A stretch of 51,054 nt of DNA, counting the filler, from Jimgerdemannia flammicorona (lineage: Eukaryota), in the NCBI GenBank assembly GCA_003990765.1. It is 2 parts of 2 records of this genome, joined end to end, with 100 filler letters (N's around TTAATTAATTAA, not from the genome) between each part and the next. Parts side by side here need not be neighbours in the genome. Positions count along the whole stretch, not along the records: positions 25,579 to 51,054 come from RBNJ01000827.1; 1 more part is not named here. One strand, given 5' to 3'. Position 1 is the first letter of the stretch; the number at the start of each line of letters is the position of its first letter. Of the stretch, positions 31,590 through 42,289 are shown piece after piece. Position numbers and translations under genes: made by a program. Under the pieces are notes generated by a model, which was not told the origin of the DNA, searched no databases, and was given only the letters and a program-made list of their open reading frames with translations.

Positions 31590-34500
31590 TATAGCCAGGC
31601 ACTATTGTTGATAATTACAACCAACTGGACATCCTTGAGCCATTTGGATAGTATATCAAATAAATAGTCTACTCTTATACTATTTCATATTTTATTATTA
31701 GCAATATATCCTAGATCAACAGTATTTAGAAGTGACTCAAGTTTTGTACAAAAGGTTTCAAATATCTCTTTGCTATATATATATATCAAATTTGAGGTTA
31801 CAGAGTTTGACTCAGAATTTAGCAATCATTGTTTAGCTATAATATTGGGCAATTATAAGTTGTTTGAGCCCAGGAGCTATAGAGTGATCTCTATATTTAA
31901 AGATATTATTTGCTACATTTTGAGTAATAACCACAGATTAGATATCTTATATGAGGAGTTTTTCAGGAAGAGTTTATCACTATTCTTTAGCAGATCCTTA
32001 GAAGAATGTAATAACTTGGTAAATATAAGTCATAGTAGTAGCAAAAAGTTGTTCAATAGTGTGATATTAGTGGTTTATTAGAAAATAGTTAGCAATTTGC
32101 TCATTGGTCCATTAATTGGCTTCAAAATTAGTATCTACTATACTAATAAAGATTTAAACTTCTTGTATAATAATATTAAAGATAGATAGACTCAAAATTT
32201 TAGTTGGTTAGGTCTGTTCAGCTAAGTTAGTAATAGTTACTGTCATTATAGCTATCTGGACTATAAGGTCTTGAATTTGTTAGTTTGCTATATTATTTAT
32301 AGGAGATAGTTAAACTACTGGTAGTAGAGTTACTAGTATGACTTGAGATACTAGTGTAGAGTATAATGGTATTTCTTGAGTTTGTGTGAGTTATTAGAGT
32401 AACTGTTATAGATCTGATATAAAGATCTGATAAATAACTGTCTATTGTTTCATAGATATATTTTCTCTAAGATAGATATATCTCTTTCAGTAATATATCT
32501 AGAATTAAATTTGGTAAGATACTCCTCCTTCTCTTTACTTTGGTCTTAGTGTAGCTGAGTTTGTAGAGTATTAAAGTAGATAGTATCAATTGTATACTGA
32601 AGCTCAGATGGGCTTAAATCAAATGCTTCTTTGAGATTGAGTTCTGTTTTTAGTTCAGTTTTAGATTTAGATAGAGTTCTAGCTAGACCTGCTTCTGACT
32701 CAGAGTCTGATTATTGATAAAGAGTTTCTCTGACTTCTTTTTTAAAAATATAGTAGATCTTGTAATTCTAGAAATAATAGTAAGAGCAGTCTTAGTTCTG
32801 ATATAGTAATAGTCAGTAAAGTTAAGTTACTTGGCTATAGAGACTTGGACTTCATAAGGAACTAAGACTAGAAAGATAGCTGCTAGTTATCCTAGATTAC
32901 TTGGGTTTATTGAGCTTATAAAACTCTTATTGAGAAGAGTAAAGAAGACTTCTATAAAATCTTCTTTATCTTAACTTGTAGAGTATAGAGCAAGGAGTTC
33001 AGTGAATAGAGTTTTATCTATTTGCTGATTTAATTAGACTATATACTTCTTTATATATATATATAAAGCTTGTCTCATTTATTGTAGACATGAAGGTCTA
33101 ATTGTCCTTATATATTAGATTCAATTCACTCTAGATTGTCAGATAGTTCATAATAAATTCTAGTTCAGTAGTTAGACTTTATACTAACTTATAGAAATTT
33201 CTGCAAAGGATTGTAGCTAAGTAAGAAAGTATCTTAAAGTAAATTAGATTGTAAATCACTGCTATCAAGTTGTAAGAGAGTACTTTGTTGAGGTACTATT
33301 ATATAGTTCTGGAATAGTTTTCTGAAAGTTCTAAATATTCTAAAAGATTATTTTTTTAAGATCAAGATCAATTTCATATAGAGTACATCCTCTATACTTA
33401 TTAATTTCAAGATTGGATTAATGTCTCAACTAAAGTTCTTTTTCAGACTAATTCTGAATGTTCAGAAGTTCTCTTATTTCAGAAAGTTCAAGAAACTAAG
33501 ACCAGCTTAGTTGAATTGGTATATTACTATAAATAATACTTAATTAGGAAATTTCTAGATATAGGATCTAATATAGTCAGGTTTACTTAAAAGTAGTTTG
33601 TAGATTATTAAATAGATTTATTTGCTATTTATAATATTACTATTAGCTAATACTAAAGTAGTATATGAAGAGATAATTATTGTAGAGAAGTATTTGTCTA
33701 ATTCTTGTTAGTATTCTTGCCTGAGTTTTTAAGATCTAGAGGAGGGGATATTTATAATAATGGAAGGCTATCTGGACTAGGCCAAATATAGATACAGTAC
33801 TTTAGTACTTGATGAGTCAGAATATAGTCATAATATAAAGTATAAACTGACATATTCAGGAGATCTACTGACTAATGAGTTAGAATACACTTATATAGTA
33901 TAAATCTAATCTAACTAAACTAATAACTACTAAGCTATTTATAGATTTAGATACTATCTGATACTCTTCAATAAGATCACTATCAATAATATTATCTCTG
34001 ATAAAGTAGTTATCTAAGAAGAGTAGTTCTTGGATTATATCTCTCTGTTTATTTATATATAGTAGTATATTAGAATAAAATTATTATCTCACCAAATAGT
34101 ATCATCTGTTTTATATACTGGGTATAGTATTGGTGAGTGAAGAAGAGATATATTATCTTTACTTTCATTAGTTCACTATCAGTATATCTTCAGTAGGTTA
34201 TAGCACTATATGTTATAGAGTTATAGTAAGCTGGTAGTTGTTCTTCTTATCACTCATACTTGAGAGATGGAGTTATTGGTTCTATCTCAAGAGTTGACTA
34301 GAGATATAGATTGTATTCTCTTATTTCTTTATTATAGTTGAAGTAGTTAGATATAAATATAGGTTAATACTTATATTAGTAGTTATTATCTCAATAGGTC
34401 TTATAGATAGTTATGAGCTATTATAAGTTTATGGATAAGATTAATAGAATAATCAGAGTTAGCAGAGATCTTTGACTAGAAGTTATCTTGATATTGAAGG

Positions 34501-35280
34501 AGTCATTGTCTTCTACTTTATTATTGCTGAACTAGATTATATTATAAATATTCTTCATAGTATATCCTACTTAAGATATTTGTAGAATATAATTATCTGG
34601 GTATGTGAAGGGTCTGTCTGTGGTTTAAATATATGTACTTAATATTTCTAATTGAGTTCTTATATCATATTATCAATTTGACCATAGGTCAGAATAACAA
34701 TCATTTTAGTAGTAGTGACTTGGAGGTAGAGAATAAAAATACTATACTTATAAAAGAGTTCTTAGTGTTTACATATAATGAGCTTCTAGTATTGAGATAT
34801 TTTGATAATATCTATATTATAGTAGTAGTTAACCATATCTTCTAGGAGGCAGCCAATCTGATAGTAGCTTGAGATTTGTCTGATTCAGTGAGTCTTACTA
34901 AGTATATTCAGATCATTCCATTGAGCTTCTATAAAGTAGAGAAGGGCTAAGCTATAGATATTTATAAGAGGTAGAGATACTGTGATCTAATTGATAATAA
35001 TATTCTAAATATTAGTACAGATATAGTTATAGACTTCAGTAGTTATATCTGGGTATATGTTTGAGAGTTATGATTATTATTTTGGTTTATTATAGTTCTC
35101 TGTTTTAGTATACTAAGTGTTTGATATATTTACTTTCAATCTTAATTAGTAAGATTTTATTTTTATATATCTTGTATTCTATAACTTTAAGTTGACTCAG
35201 CTTCATAATCTTATATGTGATTTCTAAATTTGTTTTGAGAGTAATGTGTGATTTCAATAGCTTAGAGGTTGTATACTTAT
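31590..35280 (-). other. Unidentified, heavily mutated coding-like relic; portion near 31.6-32.2 kb resembles retrotransposon gag
   Basis: Minus frames whose stops are largely revertible; segments such as QYYS*TMIAKF*VKLCNLKF and FETFCTKLESLLNTVD; no diagnostic motif. Confidence 0.3.
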
Positions 35281-35284
35281 ATAC

Positions 35285-36606
35285 TCAACTCAGTAAGAGA
35301 GATATAGTACTCCCACCTAACTCTAAAAGACTACTCTCCAATCTACTATCTTCTTCTTCTATCAAATACTAGATAAGAATAATCTATATACTGATAGAAA
35401 AATTCTCAGATACTACACCATCTCCTTGACAAGAATAATAGTATCTATAATATTTCCACTTATCAAACTATTTTCCAGTACTATTATCTCACATTTATGC
35501 TAGTTGAGCTTAGCTCTAGAGCACTTCTCATATCAGTCTACAATAGCCCTCAGCTTACTAATATCATCAATAGAACTAAGTTTAACTATATATCATTAGC
35601 AAAGGCTCTAATCTTTCAGATAATTTCAAAGATCTGAAGCCACAATACCTTATAGCAAATCTTATCCTTTAATGACTCCAAAGATAAAGTATATAGAATA
35701 GAGAACAGCAGATCTCCCTGAGAGACTCCTCTCTATAATGAGAATGAGATACTATGATGGTTATTATACAAGATTACTATCTGGCTACTCTCTAATAGAC
35801 TAATTATTAATAATTTAAATTAGTAAGAGATATCAATCCTCTTTAATATCTTTTTTAGCCAGACTCACTATAGCCAATTATAGGCCTTCTTTTGATTCAG
35901 AAAGACCAATTGTCCATTCAGTCTACTAGTCCTCATCTCCTCAATTATACTATAAATTCATAACATCTTATCTCTAATCAGTCTACTATTAATAAACTTC
36001 TCTGCTTAACTCCTAACATCTGTTGAGCCATCTTCTGCAATCTCACAATAATCATCTTTATGACCAACTTCCTATTTATATTTAAAAGTATGATTAGTCT
36101 TCAGTTTCTTTAATTCTCTCTCCTGTTCTTGTCTTTATATAGTAGTATCACTAGGCTGAGATTCTGACCCCCAACTTACTCTCTAGATATAAGAACTAAG
36201 TTATATAGTACTGTCATCTCCTCTAAGATTCTTAGAACTTCTATCATCTTTTTTTAGAAATCTCAGAATAAGCTATTCTTACTGAGAGCTATGCTCTATT
36301 TTGTAGTCAATAAGATACTCAAAATTTTATTCTTCTAAACTAGTAAAACCAAGTCTCCAAGACCATCAACCTGTAGTAAATATCAACTCTTCAGAGAGTA
36401 CTCAATTACTTTCTCATCAGCACTCTCTTTTTTCTCACTTTATAGGCCACTCTATCTATTTTTCAAAAAATTTAAGATCTCTGCATTCTATTCACTAGAG
36501 TATTCTCCACATTGAATACTTCATCTACTACTACCTCACTCTTCTTATCTGAAGAAGCTTAGATAGATACTTAGTATATCTCTCATCTTCCTCAAGCCCT
36601 TGCTAC
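35285..36606 (-). mobile_element. LINE-D: internal ORF2 (RT) fragment
   Basis: Minus strand VSQGDLLFSILYTLSLE, AFAND, FLNQKKAY, GLEEDERYTKY homologous to the other LINEs. Confidence 0.8.
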
Positions 36607-37760
36607 TAATATTATTAGATTTATATTATATATTAGTAAGATTATATATATATTAGAATTTTATAATAATTTTAGTATATAATATTATAATAGTTATACT
36701 AGTTATAACTAGTATTACTATGGTTATATTTTAAAAATAGACTAATAATATTAATAATATTACAGATTAAAATAGTCTATAATATCTTAAAAACTAAAGT
36801 ATATTAGAATTAACTACTAATATTATTGGCTTACTGATATCATAAGTTAGTTCAGATGAGTTAATTTATTTCTTATTTAATATAGATATAGATAAAAGAC
36901 CTCTAACTCTATATATAGAAGTCTATTACTACTATATAATATAATATATTATATTATAGATCTATAGCAAAATCTAGAACAATTATCTCATAGTTGATTT
37001 ATAAAAATGATATTATTAAATAGTACTATTATATATAACCTAATAATAATACTATTATAGTATAACTTTTATATTATACTTAAGTAATTTTATATTTTAT
37101 ATTTCTTAACTAATAGCTAGTTGAATTCAAAAGATTTTAAAAATATATAAATATTTTCAAGAATATAACTCAATAAAGCTCAGATTTCTTATCTTTTAGA
37201 TAATAAGAAAATAATTAAGACTTAGGATTATAATTTATAAATAAGTCTCTAAATTACTTAAAATAAGACTATATATATCTAAAATAGATATTCTGAACTC
37301 TATAAATACTTAAACTCTAAAAAATATATAAAATTCTCAGACTCAGGCTATATCTGAAAAAGATATATTAAAAGACTTAAACTTTAAAAGAATTGAAGCC
37401 TATAATTATTAAATTATTATCTAAGTCTATTAGAAGAGAACTATACAAGTTAATTATAAGTATAACAAACAGTACTTAGGTATTAAAACAGCCACTTTCT
37501 CAAGCTAAATATTTCTGATATAAGTGTCTTTAAGTTATTAATACTAAAGATTGTAAACTTAAAGAATATAATTACTTTAATAGTAAAAAATACTATTATA
37601 TACTATAACTAGCCCTGTAAGATAATATACTTAGTACTGAGAAAAGACTAGAGAAAGGATATGAAAATACAATAACTAAAATATAATTAAGAAATTGTTA
37701 CAATAATTTTATTATATTTTCCCCTCTTTATAGATTTAAAGAGTTATATAATTTTTTCTT
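36607..37760. repeat. Extremely AT-rich mutated relic, family not identifiable
   Basis: Very high AT and TpA content, no CpG seen, no ORFs in the track. Confidence 0.45.
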
Positions 37761-38305
37761 GATCTTTTATAAAAAGTTGATTGCCCTATTAAGGTATTGG
37801 ACTTTTGATTTAACCAGATGTCATGTTGATGTGCTAGAACTAAAACCCCAAAAACGAAATATGCACAAAAAGAGTGTACAAGTTGGATGAAATAAATGTG
37901 TTATGCCATTTCGTCCAATTTTCTTGATGGTGACGACATGAAAAATTGTGTGACGTCACTTTTTTTTTTTTTCGGTTCAAAACAAAGATTTTGCAGCAAG
38001 CAGCCGATTTCCCTGTTCGAGCCCTATGAATTAGTCTGAACCTGCAGTTGCTAAGGGTAGTATGGCTCCCGCCCATCTCTACATGTGACCGTGACTGTGT
38101 GGTAGCTTACGGCTCATAACGACTCCCGAACCAACGGGTGTGAACGTGTAAGACTTTGATGTGGGATGTACTGTTCTTACATCTAGCACTTCAACGTTTG
38201 TTAAATATCTCTGTGCAGATAAGTATTTCATATTAACCTGCGGAATTTTGTATATTCTTCGAAATCCGAAACACCTACTAACTTTATTTTTGACCGGTTC
38301 CTTAT

Positions 38306-38363
38306 ACCGGTCTTGGTTGCTGTAAACCAACTGATGAGCCCCTTAAGCAAGGGCGAAACCGGT
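38306..38363 (+). ncRNA. Type III hammerhead ribozyme
   Basis: ACCGGU-C^-UUGGUU(GCUGUA)AACCAA-CUGAUGA-GCCC(CUUAAGCAA)GGGC-GAA-ACCGGU: complete core, three Watson-Crick stems (6/6/4 bp), GUC cleavage triplet at 38310-38312. Confidence 0.93.
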
Positions 38364-38499
38364 TCCACAGAAACACCTCTCCAGCTGCACGCAACCCATC
38401 TTCCATTGCCGCAAACACACACACTTTTACTATGTGTCAGTGTGGTCCTGCCGATGTTGAGTGCTGCATGTGTTTAGACAGCTCAAGTTTCCAACAGAG

Positions 38500-39260
38500 T
38501 CATAAGGTAATCCAAGCCAGGCAGGCATATCAGCCTTGTGAACGATGACATGCAGGGGTTGAGGTCGGGGTATTTCCATAGTTATGGTCATAATTTTTCT
38601 TCTTTTTGATTTGTGTGGGTACAGGCTGGAGAGGACTATGGGATAAAGAGGCTGTGTTCAATCCTGGTAGGAATGCTGAGTTGCTGTTTGGTTTACCTAT
38701 GTATGTGTTCCGTGGTCACAGGCAAAATAACTCCTTAATCAAAACCCCTCTCGCAGCCTATGAGGTGGCCCTGCATATTACGAATCTGCACAAGATCTAC
38801 TGTTCCTCCATCTTCAGAACTGACGCCCGCAAGGTCGCTGTGAATGACCTTTACTTGATAAGAAGGGCCAGCTGTGCGTTCTTTTCGGTTTAATGATGTT
38901 GTTCCTTGTGTGCTTGGCATTTTAGTTGGATTATACTGACAGCGTCTGGGCCAAAACGGCACAGGAAAGAGGTTTGTTTATCCTCATACTGTCGAAGGTG
39001 AATTGCATATTGGCTAACTGGGATCAGATTGTCTGCTTTTGCCACAATTCAGCTCTACCATGAACATCATCTCTGGCCTCACCCTAGCCACGGCTGGCGA
39101 TGCCCTCCTCTACGGCCTAAGTGTGTGTCATTCCCAAAGCTATCCCTGAGCAGGTGCGGGATTTTTTTGTGCGTGTATATACCCTTGTGGTCGGACGAGA
39201 TGACGTAGGGAGGCTATGGACGAGATGGCGGTAGCGACGGTAGCAGTAAATCTTTTCAAC
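38500..39260 (+). pseudogene. Intron-rich gene remnant(s) of unknown product
   Basis: Several short GT..AG segments with ctgac/ctaac branch-like motifs (~38667-38721, ~38874-38943, ~38971-39028); no continuous spliced ORF could be built by eye. Confidence 0.3.
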
Positions 39261-39264
39261 TCTA

Positions 39265-39550
39265 CGAAAATGTCAAAAAGCTGATGCTGGTACTAAGATC
39301 GTAATCCGTCTCATAAGTTACACCTATTGTCACTCGCAGCTGTGGATACGCAATGGCCACCTCATCAAGGCGAAGCATGTTCTTGATATTGCTGGCGGTT
39401 TACTTATATATTCTTCGCATTCTCATTTTGATATATTGGCGCTTATCCTCCTGCTTCTCTCGAATTTCAGGTAAACTCGCTGCTAGGTCCTCGCTCATCC
39501 AGTGGGAGCAGAAATCTGTTGAGAAAGCCGAAACTCTCACTTCGCATGGT
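39265..39550 (+). pseudogene. Ricin-B / CBM13 beta-trefoil lectin-like fragment with one intron (39398-39470)
   Basis: Spliced translation AGTKIVI...SQLWIRNGHLIKAKHVLDIAG^GKLAARSSLIQWEQKSVEKAE has the QxW, VLDI.G and LIQW ricin-B patterns; in-frame stop just upstream and no clear start. Confidence 0.6.
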
Positions 39551-40598
39551 CCTCCGCCTCTTCACATGAGGACACCGCTCTTCTGCATACTTGTACAAGT
39601 TTGTACGACTTTATATATTATATAAAGAACGATGCATGCGTCCATTTTGTGCTAGGTATAGACTCCGTGAACCACTGTCATGTCTGGTCATTCATTGAGA
39701 ACTTCAAAAGGATAGGAAGAGGGATGCGAGGTCATTTGCACTGGGCGAACAGAAAGGGAGAAGAGGGGACTATCGGCCCAGGGTGGAGTTTGTGTTTTGA
39801 TGATTTTAAATTTATATCATTCCAGTGTACTCATTCATGATTTACTTCCCAGACGCAAGTGCTGCAAAATGCGCGGTTGTTGTGGGCACCAACGCATACT
39901 CCCCACGATCCCCTCGCCCCCGGAGATGACGGACGAACAGTTCCTCCTTGGAACTGGTGTGCAACTATTCTACTCCTTCCAATGACGATGCATGGATGGG
40001 CATCGACTCCTTCACACAACATGTATGCTGGTGACGGGTCCAGTATGTCTGACCCTCAGGGTAAACGCCGCAATCATATACATCAGGAAACATGCCAGTA
40101 GGGATGCTGGTGAGGGGACACTGAGGAATGGGTATATTGGGGGAGTGAGTGTTGTTCAGGAGGACGGGAGGGAAATACCCAAAAATGACCTATGAAAAAA
40201 ATTATGAACGAAATAGCCTGATTAAAATGTAACATGTAACAATTGTCAGATAATAACTGTTGCTGGAGGTTCGTCAAGCTTTTGTTGCCCCGTAAACCAT
40301 GCTCTGTATTTTACCAATTGAAACAATGCAATGAGATCATTTCATTTTGGACCTGACTAGGAAGGTGGAATATTTATTCATTTTTAACTCGGCGCAACAC
40401 CCTGTTGATATTCGTTTTAGTCCATCTGATTCATTTCTAGCAATTATCTAAGATCCTATGCTGCAGTAAACGTGCAATTACATTCGTCCACGATATTTCC
40501 CCAAAGCTCTTTATCGAACGACACTAATAGCATATAATTATATATCCCCCCTGGCAATACCACAATTGGCTAATGTCCTCTCACCGTCACGCCATTGG

Positions 40599-41810
40599 CT
40601 ATACAATTGGCCCAACAATAGACTCCATGATCTCATCAATGACAAACTCATTGCATTCTGTCTCGATTTTGAGTCCCGGGTTAAATTTTTCGATCTCCTT
40701 CATAACGGACTTGGGCAGATTCCGCACCATATGTTGGACGTACACAATACAACTCTTGACGTGTCCGTTGCGCACGTGGGACCCGAGCACGCTGGCAAAC
40801 TGGCGGAATGGCACCATCGATATCTTGGGGCAGTCGGACATAGCGAACTGCTTGATCGAGGGACAAATACGCGGGGTACGGTTGCCGGAGAGGTATTGTA
40901 GGGCCTCGTCATTAAAACATGAACGAGAGATGTTGACAAATTGAAGAGCATCACATGCAGCAATGATCTTAGCGAGAGTGACGCCCTCGATAAGTTGGCA
41001 CCCCGTGAGAACGAGACACTCTAGAGTGTGGGCGAGCATATTAAAGCAACCAAAGATGGACTCGGTGGCGAGAGGCGTAGTACAGTTGACGAACACAACA
41101 ATCTTGAGAAGCTGGCATGTGTCGGCAATCGCGGACAGGAGATTGTTTGACAGAGGATCACGCAATCTTTGCTTATTGACCTGGTGGGAAAGGCGAAGGC
41201 TGCACAGGTTTGGAAGGAGTCTAATAATCCTGCAGTATTGTGCCTTCTTGATCCCTCCGACGTTTTTGAGATCCAAGTGTTTCAGTCCCGGCCAATGTTT
41301 GACAGCGGATATTAGTGCATCACCATCGCAGAAATGACGGAAGTGGAGAACGAGTTCGGTAAGGCGGGGCCAGTGAGTACGCATGGCCAAGAGAACGCGG
41401 ACATCATTGATCCAGTTCGTATTGCAATTCAGCACTTTAAAAGAAACTATATTAGGACAGGCCTTGATGAGGCTGCAGATGTCGTCATCTCGGTTTAAAC
41501 GCTCGGGGCACATGGAGAGGCGCATGGTGCGAGCAGTGCTGCCATATTCTCGATATCGATCATTCCAAAAGTAGTAGTCCATCATACTTTTGTAGCTTGC
41601 AAATACGACGTGTGTGTAGAGGAAGTGCATAGCAGGATTGCGCCATGCCCTTGCAACTAGAGCAAAGTTACTCATGTCGCGGCTATAATTACGGTCGATC
41701 TTGACATATCCCAGCATGATTGCTACGACCTCCTCGGGGAGGTGGAAAGTCTTAGGAGTTGTCTCAGACAGAGTATCAAATAGACGGGAGATTTGGCGCT
41801 GGAACTCCAT
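40599..41810 (-). CDS. F-box-like / leucine-rich-repeat (RNI-like) protein, 403 aa, intronless
   Basis: Uninterrupted ORF in CpG-normal DNA; LPEEVVAIMLGYV...FALVARAW F-box-like N-terminus; LRRs such as CPNIVSF, WPRLTELVL, WPGLKHLDL, LPNLCSLRL, LECLVLTGC. Confidence 0.9.
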   Translation of the reverse strand: MEFQRQISRLFDTLSETTPKTFHLPEEVVAIMLGYVKIDRNYSRDMSNFALVARAWRNPAMHFLYTHVVFASYKSMMDYYFWNDRYREYGSTARTMRLSMCPERLNRDDDICSLIKACPNIVSFKVLNCNTNWINDVRVLLAMRTHWPRLTELVLHFRHFCDGDALISAVKHWPGLKHLDLKNVGGIKKAQYCRIIRLLPNLCSLRLSHQVNKQRLRDPLSNNLLSAIADTCQLLKIVVFVNCTTPLATESIFGCFNMLAHTLECLVLTGCQLIEGVTLAKIIAACDALQFVNISRSCFNDEALQYLSGNRTPRICPSIKQFAMSDCPKISMVPFRQFASVLGSHVRNGHVKSCIVYVQHMVRNLPKSVMKEIEKFNPGLKIETECNEFVIDEIMESIVGPIV

Positions 41811-42289
41811 GCTTATGATACGTGAATTGTTGTGGGGCGGGAAGGGTAGCGAAGCAAAAAAAACTTATTAGAATGCAGTCACATAGGCCACCGAATTTTT
41901 ATCGATGAACAGTAATTCACCATGCTTACCACAAGAACCTCTCAAACAGCTTGTGCCGTCGATGGCTTCGCTTTGGTTCCAATATACCAGCTCCATGCTC
42001 AGAATCAGTGTGCCAGGTACAGAGACAGCAAATATTTGGTACTGCAGTATACAATAGAAAATCCTGAGCTGTTAAATACTCATTGTATTCTGGATTCTTG
42101 CTATTTGGTCAATGGAATGTGAAAAGGAACCAAGCTTCCATAATAAAACCACTTCCCAAAAAAAAAAAAAAAAAAAAAAAACAACTCATCTCAAATTTGA
42201 TGAGTGAGTATTTTTTATTTTTTATTTTTATAAGTGAGTATTTATTAATTACTTATTATATATATATAATAAATAATATCTTATACATA

